Source: a virus. Taken from it: 64,000 nucleotides of DNA. The position numbers were made by a program, and so were the translations under genes. The DNA lies in IMG/VR virus record IMGVR_UViG_3300044800_000040, positions 4,691 through 68,690 of that record. One strand, written 5' to 3'. Below, piece by piece: positions 36,409-45,778 of this stretch; position 1 is the first letter of the stretch, and each line of letters begins with the position of its first letter. The notes below the pieces were generated by a model. It was given only the letters and a program-made list of their open reading frames with translations. It was not told where the DNA came from and searched no databases.

Positions 36409-39096
36409 TCACTCCATGATGTTGTGGCCGCACTTGGGGCAGCCGAAGACCTTTTTCTTGGTGACCTTGTCGAAGCCCTTGCGCATGAATGCACTGCCGC
36501 AGGGGCACTGCTTGGCTACCAGCTCCTTGAGGTTGTACCAGGGCTCGTCGACCAGGGTGCATTCAACCTCGATCTCCAGGGGCACGATGATCCACTTCCA
36601 CTCGGCGACAAGCTCCTTGGTCATTATACGCCGGCAGGCGTTGACGACCATGTCCAGCTCATCGGGGTCGATGCTCATGACAATGGAGTCGTGGATCTGG
36701 CCGATGGGAAACGACTTCCACTTCTCCTTGCGGGCAAGCTCGGTGATTCTGGCGAACGACCAGAGCAGGCAGTGGAACGCGCTCCCTTGCACGGGGTAAT
36801 TGATGGCGTCGTTCTTCATCATGAGCCCGCCACACTGGAAGCCGGTCAAGGTCTTGAAGTAGCCGCGCTTGCTGTATGCCTTGAGATGGTCCTCCTTCCA
36901 CTGCTGGTAGACCGGGAAGCGTTCGTACCAGAAGTGCCGCTCCACCTTCTCGATGTGCTTGGCGAAGGTGTCCTGATTGCGGATGCCAACCGAGGCCAGG
37001 TGCTCGCGCAGAGGGATGCCGTCCGCGGTCTCCTCGTGGATGCCGTCGGCCCAGAGCCCCTTGGCACAAGCCTTCCACCAGTCGCCGTAGAACTGGGGGA
37101 ACACGAACTTGTTCTTTGCTGCCTGGCGCAGCGGCTTGCTGACTTGCTTCTCCTTGAGCTTGTAACACTCGGCCGCCATGTCCCGGTGCATGTCCGTCGA
37201 GTCGTCGAAGATGTAGGTGAGCATGGTCGGGTCTTCGTGGTAGCACGCGGCAACACGCACCTCGACGCCGGAGTAGTCCAGCTCCATCATGATGTGCCCA
37301 GGGTGCGGCAGGATGGCCCGGCGAGTGATCTTCTGGCTTTCCGGGTCACGCTTGGGCACGTTCTGGAAGTTGGGGTTGGAGGAGCTGCTGCGGTAGGTCA
37401 CCACCGTGTGCAGGTTGAAGAACGGGTGCATGTAGCCGTCGACCGTCTCCCGCACCCAACCACCCAGGTACGTGCCCCGGATCTTGTCCAGCTTGCGGTA
37501 CTCGAGCAGGTCGTCCACGATGGGGATGTTCATGCTGCGCAGGGAGTCCGCATCAACCGAGGGCTTGCCGCTGGCTGTCTTCTTTGCGATCTCCACCCCC
37601 AGGTCTTCCACAATGACCTTGGCGAGCTGGTCGTCCGAGTCGAGGTTGTAGTTCGCCCCGTACCTGGCACGTAGCCCCTTGCCGAGCTTGGAGTCCATCA
37701 CGGTGGCCTTGAGGTTCTTGCAGCGCCTGTCCAGATGGGAGAGCTGGCGGTGGCAGTAGTCCATGTCCATGCGCAGCCCTTTGACCTCGGCGTCGACCAG
37801 GGCAATCGCCCCGTCGTGCAGCAGGGTGTACGCTGGCATCAGCTTGCGCCGGGCCATCTCCTCCTTCTGCTTGAGCATGAGCCGGTGCTGCACCAGGGCA
37901 TCCGTGCCGCCATACTTGAGCAGGGCGTCGATGGGTGCCTGGTGGATGCGGTTCATGGAGTTGGCGTTCTTGCGGTCCTTGCTCTCCAGGTACTTGCTGA
38001 TCTGGGTCGAGTAGTCTGCCTGGCCGAAGTTGACATACGACTGGAACTTGAGGCCGTGTACTCCCTGGCGGTTGTCCAGGACGTGCGCTGCCAGCATGGA
38101 GCACCAATCCCAGGACTGCACTCTCTGGCGCAAGGCAACGATCGACCACAGCTGCTCGAACTTGAGGCCATGCGCCGACTTGCGCAGACCCTCGTCCGCC
38201 AGCATGACCCGCATGGCCGTCTGCACTTCCTTGTCGTGCATGGTGAAGGCTACGGCATGACCTGGGTCCTGGCATACCGATGCAGTGAAGATGCGGTGCC
38301 CCTCCGCTTGAGGTTTGCGTCCAGTTGTCTCCCAGTCAAAGGAGACGACGTTGTCGCGCCTCTTGGGCAGACTTCGCAGGTAGTTGATGACTTGCTTGGG
38401 CTCCCACAAGATCTCAACCCCATCGGTGGGGTCTTCCCATGCGGGCAGGGGCTGGTCGACCAGGGTCAGCGCCGCCTTGAGGTCTTGCTTCCAGATCGTC
38501 CAGATGGCCTCGAGGTTCTCCATGCGCATGATGTAGCTGGGGTGGTAGGTCGGGCACACCCAAGCGCCGTATGTGTGCTCCGGGATGTGCCAGCCGCGCC
38601 ACTTGCCAATACCCCCGGCACTGCGCTCGCTGTCGTCCTCCTCGTCCTCGAGGTAGCGGGGCTCGAGGATGGACTGCACCGCCACGTTGCCCAGGGGAAT
38701 GATCAGCGAGGGCTTGTAGCGTTCGATGGCTTCCAGTACCCGGGGGCGGCAGCACTCGATCTCGATGTCCTCGGGGGTTCTGTTCTCTGGCGGCCGGCAG
38801 TTCACTGCGTTGGTCTTCCAGCAGTCCCGGTCGAGATCGATGTCCAGCTCGGCCAGGGTGTCGCGCAGGGTCTGGCCTGCCTTGCCCACCAGTTGGGTGT
38901 TGCGCACGTCCTCGGTGCGCCCTGGTGCCTCGGCTATGATCAGGATGCCCTTGCGCCCTTTGCCAGTTGGCTCCATGCGTGGAGAGCGGCAGGTCTTCCA
39001 AAGCCCGCACCCGTCACAACCCAGGGCACGGGGGCTGCCCTTGGCACGGGCCTTGGAGATGACCGTGGTGACTTCGGATGCCTTAAAGAAGGCCAT
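36409..39096 (-). CDS. Family A DNA polymerase with N-terminal UDG-like domain (SPO1 type)
   Basis: AEAPG..ED, NAVNCRPPENRTP, TYHPS; DWETTG exonuclease; SSSNPNFQN, DYSGVEVR, INYPVQGSA, QIHDS. Confidence 0.95.
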   Translation of the reverse strand: MAFFKASEVTTVISKARAKGSPRALGCDGCGLWKTCRSPRMEPTGKGRKGILIIAEAPGRTEDVRNTQLVGKAGQTLRDTLAELDIDLDRDCWKTNAVNCRPPENRTPEDIEIECCRPRVLEAIERYKPSLIIPLGNVAVQSILEPRYLEDEEDDSERSAGGIGKWRGWHIPEHTYGAWVCPTYHPSYIMRMENLEAIWTIWKQDLKAALTLVDQPLPAWEDPTDGVEILWEPKQVINYLRSLPKRRDNVVSFDWETTGRKPQAEGHRIFTASVCQDPGHAVAFTMHDKEVQTAMRVMLADEGLRKSAHGLKFEQLWSIVALRQRVQSWDWCSMLAAHVLDNRQGVHGLKFQSYVNFGQADYSTQISKYLESKDRKNANSMNRIHQAPIDALLKYGGTDALVQHRLMLKQKEEMARRKLMPAYTLLHDGAIALVDAEVKGLRMDMDYCHRQLSHLDRRCKNLKATVMDSKLGKGLRARYGANYNLDSDDQLAKVIVEDLGVEIAKKTASGKPSVDADSLRSMNIPIVDDLLEYRKLDKIRGTYLGGWVRETVDGYMHPFFNLHTVVTYRSSSSNPNFQNVPKRDPESQKITRRAILPHPGHIMMELDYSGVEVRVAACYHEDPTMLTYIFDDSTDMHRDMAAECYKLKEKQVSKPLRQAAKNKFVFPQFYGDWWKACAKGLWADGIHEETADGIPLREHLASVGIRNQDTFAKHIEKVERHFWYERFPVYQQWKEDHLKAYSKRGYFKTLTGFQCGGLMMKNDAINYPVQGSAFHCLLWSFARITELARKEKWKSFPIGQIHDSIVMSIDPDELDMVVNACRRIMTKELVAEWKWIIVPLEIEVECTLVDEPWYNLKELVAKQCPCGSAFMRKGFDKVTKKKVFGCPKCGHNIME

Positions 39097-39286
39097 GCAC
39101 TACACCGGCAGCTTGTGCTGTTCCAGGGGGGAACAGGTGATCATCACAAGTATGCGTGATGGAATGCACCTCCTCGGTCATTGCACATTTGCGGAAGCGC
39201 CGGGCCTTCCCTTTCTTGGGAGCTTCGTTGCGAGTGACCCTGGCAGCCTGGACGCAGGTATAGCACGCCTTCGTTTTGTCGCGCAT
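39083..39286 (-). CDS. Small Cys-containing hypothetical protein
   Basis: AGGAGG RBS. Confidence 0.5.
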   Translation of the reverse strand: MRDKTKACYTCVQAARVTRNEAPKKGKARRFRKCAMTEEVHSITHTCDDHLFPPGTAQAAGVVHGLL

Positions 39287-39295
39287 GTCAGCCTC

Positions 39296-40321
39296 CTACA
39301 CCAGCGAGATGGCGTGCATGAAGTTGTCCCCGGTGAACAACATGGCGTTCTCCGAGACCGTGGTCTCCTCAAGGTGCGCCAGGATCTCGATGAGGAACTG
39401 CGGGTTGATGACGACCTCGCGCTGCTCGCCGTCGTACTTGATGCGCCCGGTCTCCTCGAGCCAGCCGATCTTGCCCTGGGCCTTGACGGTGACCTTGCCC
39501 GGCTCCAGCACCAGGGTGACCTCCTCATCGGAGTCGAAGTCCTTCTGGCTGAAGACTCCGGCACGCGACAGCATGTCGGTCACCATCTCCTGGGGCAGCA
39601 TGAGGTCTTCGCCCTCAACGGAGAGGAAGTCGTCAAGGTCGGGGAACTTGTACTCCTCGTGGTCGATGGTGCGTGCGGACAGGATGGTGCCGGCTTCGGT
39701 GCGGAAGTGGACCCAGCCGTCAACGACGCACTGGTCGACCACCTTGAACGCAAGCAGGGCACGGCATGTCGCCGCAGGGATGAGCACCTCGGCCTTGATG
39801 GCTCCGTCCTTCATCTTCCAGCGGGTGATGCGGAACTGGTCACAGGTCTCCAGCAACGCACCGTCCACATGCACGCAGGTCAGCGCCGGCTTGGTCATGT
39901 CCCGGCTGGCGCTGAACAGGACGAAGCGGAGCCCCTCCAGGAAGTTCTCGGGCAGCTTGTTCCACTTCTTGGCAGCGTTGATGCTGTCCAGGGGCAGGCG
40001 CACTTCGCTGTCCAGGCGGATGCCCGCGTTCAGCTTCTTGCCCTTGATGAGCAACTGGCTGCCCTCGTCGCCCTGGGTGACCTCGAGGATCAGGGTCTCG
40101 TCCTTGATGCGGGTCAGCAGCTTGTGCAGCTCCTCGGCCTGGACAGCACCCTCGAAGCCGACCTTGATCGGATGGGAGACGGCCAGCTCGTCGTTGAAGG
40201 TGACAACCCGGTCACCCATGAACGCGAACGAAGTGGAGTGCTCGACGATTTCCTTATTTGCCAGACCGGGACGCACCTTGGTGAGTGCGTCCAGCAGTTC
40301 GCTTGTTTTGACCTTGGCCAT
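39296..40321 (-). CDS. dnaN: Sliding clamp (DNA pol III beta-like)
   Basis: ASRDMTKPALTCVH, TCDQFRI, KFPD, INPQFLIEIL; AAGGAGG RBS. Confidence 0.85.
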   Translation of the reverse strand: MAKVKTSELLDALTKVRPGLANKEIVEHSTSFAFMGDRVVTFNDELAVSHPIKVGFEGAVQAEELHKLLTRIKDETLILEVTQGDEGSQLLIKGKKLNAGIRLDSEVRLPLDSINAAKKWNKLPENFLEGLRFVLFSASRDMTKPALTCVHVDGALLETCDQFRITRWKMKDGAIKAEVLIPAATCRALLAFKVVDQCVVDGWVHFRTEAGTILSARTIDHEEYKFPDLDDFLSVEGEDLMLPQEMVTDMLSRAGVFSQKDFDSDEEVTLVLEPGKVTVKAQGKIGWLEETGRIKYDGEQREVVINPQFLIEILAHLEETTVSENAMLFTGDNFMHAISLV

Positions 40322-40475
40322 CGAGAACCTCCTTGATGAGTTGCAGCGCGGGCTTGCGCGTTGAGTGTCGAGTAGGAAGCAGATCCCAGTAGGAGTGCAG
40401 GACTGCGTATGCCCCGGAGCTTCGCACCATCTCCAACACATGGGGCACCTCCGCTCCGGCCAAGTAGATGATCAC
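40254..40475 (-). CDS. Micro-ORF resembling the DpdA N-terminal module
   Basis: (M)IIYLAGAE...VLHSYW; GTGA coupling. Confidence 0.65.
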   Translation of the reverse strand: MIIYLAGAEVPHVLEMVRSSGAYAVLHSYWDLLPTRHSTRKPALQLIKEVLDGQGQNKRTAGRTHQGASRSGK

Positions 40476-40630
40476 TTCTGTTCCTTCTTGAGCTCCGCCA
40501 TGCACGCAGTCGTGTCACGTGCCTGGTTCGGGCTGGTTCTGAAGTAGCTGATCAGCACAGTCGCCACGGCACCGATGTCGGCGAACATGGCGAGATGTAC
40601 TTTCTCCGCGTTGGCGATGTAGACAATCAT
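40472..40630 (-). CDS. Micro-ORF resembling the DpdA N-terminal module
   Basis: MIVYIANAE...VLISYF; ATGA coupling. Confidence 0.65.
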   Translation of the reverse strand: MIVYIANAEKVHLAMFADIGAVATVLISYFRTSPNQARDTTACMAELKKEQK

Positions 40631-40854
40631 GCCACGCTCTCCGGGTAGTTGAGCAGGAGTTCGTGCATGGCGTCCTTGAGTGCCTCCTTGGTCATCTTGT
40701 ACTCGTCCGGCCTGGAGAGGAAGTTGGGCTCCACCCGCAGGAATGCTTTGCTGGCCTGTGCCACTTTGTGCAGGCGGCGAGCGTAGGAGCGCAGCATGTT
40801 GCACTCCTCACAGCCGCTCACAATCCCTTCAATCCTCGGTGTGCGGGTCATCAC
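40627..40854 (-). CDS. Hypothetical protein
   Basis: Coupled to both neighbours. Confidence 0.55.
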   Translation of the reverse strand: MMTRTPRIEGIVSGCEECNMLRSYARRLHKVAQASKAFLRVEPNFLSRPDEYKMTKEALKDAMHELLLNYPESVA

Positions 40855-41903
40855 AGGAACCCCTTCCGGGTTGTCGGCTTCTTGAACGCCCAGGGATACT
40901 CCGGCAGAGCGTTCTGGAGGTCGAGGAAGTAGATCAAGTTGGCCTTGTCGCGCAGCAGGTAGTCGTTCGCCAGGCCCGGTTCGATGATGCGCTCGAGGCC
41001 GCGTGCGTTGCCGTCTGCCTTTGCCATGAAACGCTCGCTCTCGCCAAGCTCGTAGTCCGCGGGCACGGTGGTGAACTCGGACTTGCCCATCGGCAGCTCC
41101 TTGCTGTCGAGGTAGTCCATGACCACTCGCTGGACAGCCTGGGGCATGGTGGAGAAGTGCGCGCCGGCTTCCGTGGTGTTCGGCGACCTGGCACTCACGA
41201 AGATCTTCCAGGCTTCCTCAAGGTAGTCGTACTTGCCGCCCTTCCACCTGGGCACGTAGATGCTGCCCATGCGCGAGGACATCAGCCAGGAGGTGGAGTC
41301 GACGCTGAACCAGGGGTAGCGGATCATGAGCCGCAGGCTGGTCATGCCGAAGCCGTGGACGCGCACCTTGGGCATGCCGTCCGGCCCGCAGATGTGCTCA
41401 CCGAAGATAGAGTCGAGCCAGGGCTGCAGGTCCCGGGTAGCGATGGGCACCATGCCGCCGAGGGCAATGTAGTCGTACTGCTCCATGTACTCGTGCAGGT
41501 ACTTCACGTCCTCGCCGTAGTGGAAGCACGGCATCGGGCGCAGCCCCTGGCGCTCCATCGCTTTCTGGTTGTCGCGGGTGCCCTCGGGGTCACCGATCTC
41601 GTCGAGGTTGGCGTACACCTCGAGGTACTTCTTGTTCGCTTTGATGAAGTCGCAGTATTCCTTGATGTCGATGGTGACGCCCTTGGTGAATGCGGAGTAC
41701 GCACCCGAGTCCAAGAACAGCTTGATGTCGCGGCTCATGACTTGCTCCTTGTGAGTGGTGCGCGCCGCACGCATGGTGGCGTGCCTGTCCTGTCCAGCCT
41801 CGCAGACGTAGAAGTACGAGATGAGGCGGTACGGCGGGCCGTCCTCCAGCACCATCGCTTCACGTCCGGCCGAGCCGGTCTCACCTGCGAGGTAGATTTC
41901 CAT
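40851..41903 (-). CDS. dpdA: DpdA-like 7-deazaguanine DNA transglycosylase (TGT fold)
   Basis: LFLDSGAYS, NLDEIG, PCFH, IALGG, VHGFG, SVDSTSW; clustered with folE/queCDE. Confidence 0.82.
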   Translation of the reverse strand: MEIYLAGETGSAGREAMVLEDGPPYRLISYFYVCEAGQDRHATMRAARTTHKEQVMSRDIKLFLDSGAYSAFTKGVTIDIKEYCDFIKANKKYLEVYANLDEIGDPEGTRDNQKAMERQGLRPMPCFHYGEDVKYLHEYMEQYDYIALGGMVPIATRDLQPWLDSIFGEHICGPDGMPKVRVHGFGMTSLRLMIRYPWFSVDSTSWLMSSRMGSIYVPRWKGGKYDYLEEAWKIFVSARSPNTTEAGAHFSTMPQAVQRVVMDYLDSKELPMGKSEFTTVPADYELGESERFMAKADGNARGLERIIEPGLANDYLLRDKANLIYFLDLQNALPEYPWAFKKPTTRKGFL

Positions 41904-42060
41904 GTTGCTCCTTCTGTGCTTTGACCCAGACGGCGATGGACGGATGCTCCGCGCCGCGCCTGCTCCTGATGGCGAAGAACGAGGTGAGCCGGTAGGGGTA
42001 GAACTGGATCATGTGTTCGTCCATCTCCATCTCCCCCTTGCCGGCCGCGTAGATGATCAT
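41881..42060 (-). CDS. Micro-ORF resembling the DpdA N-terminal module (59 aa, absent from ORF track)
   Basis: MIIYAAGKGE...YPYRLTSFF; starts right after the folE stop. Confidence 0.65.
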   Translation of the reverse strand: MIIYAAGKGEMEMDEHMIQFYPYRLTSFFAIRSRRGAEHPSIAVWVKAQKEQHGNLPRR

Positions 42061-43833
42061 CTACTTGCCGCAGAGCGCCATGAGTTCGGCGCGGGCGCTG
42101 GAGCCCTTGAAGGTGTCCTCAAGGAACACGCCCTTCAGCGAGCTGTAGCCCATCACCGAGTGCTGCTTCTCAACGCCCCGGGCGGTCATGCACAAGTGCT
42201 TGGCCTCGATGATGCAGGCGGCACCCTTGGGCTGGAGGTGCGTCATGAGCGCCTCGGTGACCTGCTCGGCAATGCGCTCCTGCACCTGGAGCCGGCGAGC
42301 GTAGACCTCGAGGATGCGGGCCAGCTTGCTGACTCCGATCACCTTGCCGTCGGGGATGTAGGCGATGGTGGCGTGCCCGAAGAACGGGATCATGTGGTGC
42401 TCGCAGTTGTGGACGACAATGCCGTTCGCCACGAAGTTCTGGTGCCCTGGCACTTCCATGCACCACACGTCTTCGGTGTAGTTGAGCTCCTCAACTCCGA
42501 GTACCTTGTGATTCGGTACGCGCTGCTCCTTCCAACTGCGCTTGACGGACTCGGACCGCTTCTTGCACATTGCTTCCCGCTTGTCCGGGTCAGCCATCAT
42601 CTTTGCCAGGCCGGCCCACTGCGCGGCATCGAACGCTTCCCGCTCCTGCGTCGTCATCCTCGCCCAACGCTCGGCCTCGCGTGCCCCACGCCCGTCCTCT
42701 TGCGCGTGCAAGCGGGAGTGAGCACTCGGGGACAGGATGGACAGATTGCTCGGGTCATTGTTCGCCGGGTTGCCGTCGAGATGGTGGACGTGCTCATGCT
42801 GGCGCAGCTCTCTGCCGAGCATGGCCGCCATGATCTTCCGGTGCTCCGCAACCAGCTTGCCGTCCTTGTACTGAATGTGGCTCCTGGGCTTGTCCGCGTG
42901 CATGATGATCCCACGGAGCAGGGCAACCACCGATTCGCCGGGAAGCAGGTCCGCCGCCGCCACCCACCCGCGCTTGTATGTCAAGAAGCGGTGGTTGGGG
43001 GTGCAGATGACAGTATCCTTATCGGTGTACACCCGCACCAGCTTGGCGTCGCGCTGGGTGATCCTCGGGTTCTGGCAGCGCACGAGGTCGAACCGCTGGG
43101 TGTCCTCGTTCCAACTGTACACCCAGTCTCCGTCTGCAAGGCGACTGATGGGCACACGGCCCTTTGGGGTTTCGATGAAGGTGGAGCCTACAAGGCACGT
43201 GGAGTAGAACTCCACGTCCTTGAGGTAGACCATGCCGCCGCTGGCCTTCTCGTTGAAGACCTTGAACAGCTCCTCCACGTCGGAGTGGTAGCCTTCGAAG
43301 AGCTTGCCGTACGACTTGACCACCCTGGCCGGGGTCTCCAGCAAGCCCTCGCGGTTGGGGTCCTCGCCGATGTACTCGAGGATGCGGACGATGTTGTCCT
43401 CCGGCCCGGTCTCGCCCTTCATGGTCTCCCACCAGAACTCGACCCAGGTGTCCAGGGTGAACAGGCCGGCTTCGATCATGTAGTTGCGCTGCACCGGGGT
43501 GAAGTCAGAGTTGTTCGGCTGGGCGGAGCTGTGCTTCTTGTACGTCAGCGCCGCGAAGGGGAAGCCGAAGAACCGCTCCCTGGTCGCCCCGGTGTCACAG
43601 ATGTCGTCGACCACCAGGACCTCGGGGTCCGGCCCGGCGGGCAGGTCGGTGCGGATGGGCAGGTTCAGCAGGTTGGAGAGGATGATGGCCGGGTACAGGC
43701 CACCACGGGGCACGGGGTAGATGCTGCGCAGCATGCTGCCAGGGGGGAGGAACTGGCACTGCACGCGGATGTGCTTGGCAAGCTCACGGCAGAGCTGTTC
43801 CACAGTAGAGTGGTCGAGGACAACGCGGGGCAT
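42061..43833 (-). CDS. folE: Phosphoribosyltransferase-GTP cyclohydrolase I fusion with intein
   Basis: VPRGG and VLVVDDICDTGAT (PRTase); REGLLETPARV, CEHH, SKLAR, RLQVQE, HLCMTARGV (FolE). Confidence 0.92.
   Translation of the reverse strand: MPRVVLDHSTVEQLCRELAKHIRVQCQFLPPGSMLRSIYPVPRGGLYPAIILSNLLNLPIRTDLPAGPDPEVLVVDDICDTGATRERFFGFPFAALTYKKHSSAQPNNSDFTPVQRNYMIEAGLFTLDTWVEFWWETMKGETGPEDNIVRILEYIGEDPNREGLLETPARVVKSYGKLFEGYHSDVEELFKVFNEKASGGMVYLKDVEFYSTCLVGSTFIETPKGRVPISRLADGDWVYSWNEDTQRFDLVRCQNPRITQRDAKLVRVYTDKDTVICTPNHRFLTYKRGWVAAADLLPGESVVALLRGIIMHADKPRSHIQYKDGKLVAEHRKIMAAMLGRELRQHEHVHHLDGNPANNDPSNLSILSPSAHSRLHAQEDGRGAREAERWARMTTQEREAFDAAQWAGLAKMMADPDKREAMCKKRSESVKRSWKEQRVPNHKVLGVEELNYTEDVWCMEVPGHQNFVANGIVVHNCEHHMIPFFGHATIAYIPDGKVIGVSKLARILEVYARRLQVQERIAEQVTEALMTHLQPKGAACIIEAKHLCMTARGVEKQHSVMGYSSLKGVFLEDTFKGSSARAELMALCGK
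42406..43197 (-). mobile_element. Intein (264 aa) with in-frame HNH endonuclease
   Basis: CLVGST...CTPNHRF...VHHLDGNPANNDPSNL...NFVANGIVVHN followed by Cys. Confidence 0.92.
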
Positions 43834-43835
43834 GT

Positions 43836-44621
43836 TTACTCCTTGGTGTGGTCGCCACAAACGACACGGCGTCCGCCCGGCAGGTTGGGGTCGTCAGGGC
43901 CACCGACGAGGATGGTGTGCTCCGCGGTTAGCGTATTGTGCGAGATGTGGGGCAGCGGGTCGCGTCTCCCAGCCTTGGCGAAGGCCTCGATGCGTTCGAC
44001 GCAGGAGCCGCACTTTCCGCAAGAGGTGGGCTGGTCTTTGTAGCAGGTGCGGGTCAGCTCGTAGGGCACATTCAGCAGGGTGCCCATGATGGCGATGTCA
44101 CCCTTGTCCATGCCCAGGAAGGGAGCCAGGATCTCCACCCGGGAGCCGGTGCCCAGGAACAGGGCGGTGTCCATCGCCTTGATGAACTCGGGCCGGCAGT
44201 CCTCGTAGATGGCGTGATCACCCGCATGGACACCCAGGGCGATGTACGGGGCGCCCTTGCTCCAGGCCAGGCCCGCCATGAACGAGCTGAAGATGATGTT
44301 GCGTGCGGGCACGACGGTCGCGCTCATGCTGGCGTCGGTGTAGTGCCCCTCGGGGATGGCCGGGCCGTCGCCCATGAGCGCCGACTTGAAGCCGATGAAG
44401 GCATCGGTCAGGTCGATCAGAGTGCGCTGCAGGCCGTAGTGGACGCAGAGCTTGTCGGCGGCGGCGCTCTCGTACTGGTTGTGCTTGCTGCCGTAGATGA
44501 AAGAGATGGGGATGGGCTCGCAACCCTTGTCAATCAGATGGGCGAGCAGGGTGGCACTGTCCATGCCACCGCTGACGGCCACAACGACCTTGGTGCCTGG
44601 GACGAACTGCGGTGTGATCAT
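43836..44621 (-). CDS. queC: 7-cyano-7-deazaguanine synthase
   Basis: SGGMDS, VPARN, YEDCRPEF, TCY...CGKCGSC. Confidence 0.95.
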   Translation of the reverse strand: MITPQFVPGTKVVVAVSGGMDSATLLAHLIDKGCEPIPISFIYGSKHNQYESAAADKLCVHYGLQRTLIDLTDAFIGFKSALMGDGPAIPEGHYTDASMSATVVPARNIIFSSFMAGLAWSKGAPYIALGVHAGDHAIYEDCRPEFIKAMDTALFLGTGSRVEILAPFLGMDKGDIAIMGTLLNVPYELTRTCYKDQPTSCGKCGSCVERIEAFAKAGRRDPLPHISHNTLTAEHTILVGGPDDPNLPGGRRVVCGDHTKE

Positions 44622-44938
44622 CTGTCCTCCATTGGTGTGTAGTGTCTGACAACTGGGCGGGTGTCCTTGATGTCCATGATATGCACGGTGCGACTGATCT
44701 CGACTGGGATGCCGACGATGCGTGTAAGGGGTGGTGCCTCGGGTCCCCGGTTGACTTCGCAGTAGTTGAAAAGCTCCTGCATGTTCAGCTCGGTGAGGAT
44801 GACGTGCTGCGCCTCGGGGGACAGCCAGACCTTGAGAGACTCGCCGGGGTCGTCGTCGATGTTGGTGCTGCGGAACTTGTCCCTGTGCCGGAGCACCATG
44901 TGTACCAGCTCCATCCCCAGGTTGAACTTGAGCGCCAT
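44618..44938 (-). CDS. Hypothetical protein
   Basis: AGGAGG RBS. Confidence 0.55.
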   Translation of the reverse strand: MALKFNLGMELVHMVLRHRDKFRSTNIDDDPGESLKVWLSPEAQHVILTELNMQELFNYCEVNRGPEAPPLTRIVGIPVEISRTVHIMDIKDTRPVVRHYTPMEDR

Positions 44939-44954
44939 GCTTCCTCCTGCGGGT

Positions 44955-44985
44955 AAAAGGAAAGGGCCGAGTTGCCCCGGCCCTA
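44955..44985 (-). terminator. Intrinsic terminator
   Basis: agggccg-gggcaact-cggccct followed by ttcctttt. Confidence 0.7.
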
Positions 44986-45009
44986 TTTTACGCATTGGCG
45001 TCTTGAAGC

Positions 45010-45660
45010 CTAGAACTTGAACATGCCCTTGTCGTTCTTGGTGAGGGTGAGCCCGCACTCCTTGTTGACCCGGTTGGGGATCTGGACGGCCACGGTCTTC
45101 TTCATGGCGTCGGCGTCGCGCTCCGGGAACTTCTTGGACAGGTGCTCCAGCACCATCTCGCGGTTGAAGCCCTTCTTGCCGTTGGCCTTGGCGAACTCGC
45201 GGATGGCGGCGATGATGCCGGGGCCCTTGGCGATCTTCTCACCCTTGGTCTTGGGGGCCTTGGGCAGCTTGCCGTCCTTGGGGGTGCGCGGCACCGGGAG
45301 CTGCTCCTCCTTGGCGGCGACCTTTTCCTGGGCCTTCTGGACGGCCTTCTGGTTGGGGCCGACGCCGAGGCGCTTCAGCACGTCCCAGGTGCTGATGGCG
45401 AGCTGGTCCTTGGGCATGATCTCGTCGGCGATGCCCTTCACGGCCTCGATCAGCTCGTCGCGGGTCAGCTCGAGGTCGATGGCCGGGTTCAGCTCGAGGA
45501 TGGTGTTGATGTCGGTGGCGGCATCGACCATCTCGTCCTTGGACGGCAGCTTGGACGCGGCTTCCTTGGGGGCGGTGGCCTTGGTGGGAGCCTTGGCAGC
45601 GGGCTTGGAGGTGGACTTGGCAGGGGCCTTGGACGCGGGGGTCGACTTCTTGGTGCTCAT
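45010..45660 (-). CDS. Lys/Ala/Pro-rich putative DNA-binding protein
   Basis: Histone H1-like N-tail; strongly biased codon usage; own promoter and terminator. Confidence 0.65.
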   Translation of the reverse strand: MSTKKSTPASKAPAKSTSKPAAKAPTKATAPKEAASKLPSKDEMVDAATDINTILELNPAIDLELTRDELIEAVKGIADEIMPKDQLAISTWDVLKRLGVGPNQKAVQKAQEKVAAKEEQLPVPRTPKDGKLPKAPKTKGEKIAKGPGIIAAIREFAKANGKKGFNREMVLEHLSKKFPERDADAMKKTVAVQIPNRVNKECGLTLTKNDKGMFKF

Positions 45661-45729
45661 GTGATTCTCCCTTGATAGTTGTTTCGGCGGCTGCCGTGGA
45701 TTGCCTGTGCGCCAACGCGCTCATGACAG

Positions 45730-45738
45730 ATTATACGC
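45730..45738 (-). promoter_or_regulatory. GCGTATAAT promoter motif
   Basis: Exact motif, intergenic. Confidence 0.72.
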
Positions 45739-45778
45739 ACGGTGGCCTTCCTAACAAGCGTTTTTGCGCAAACTTTTT

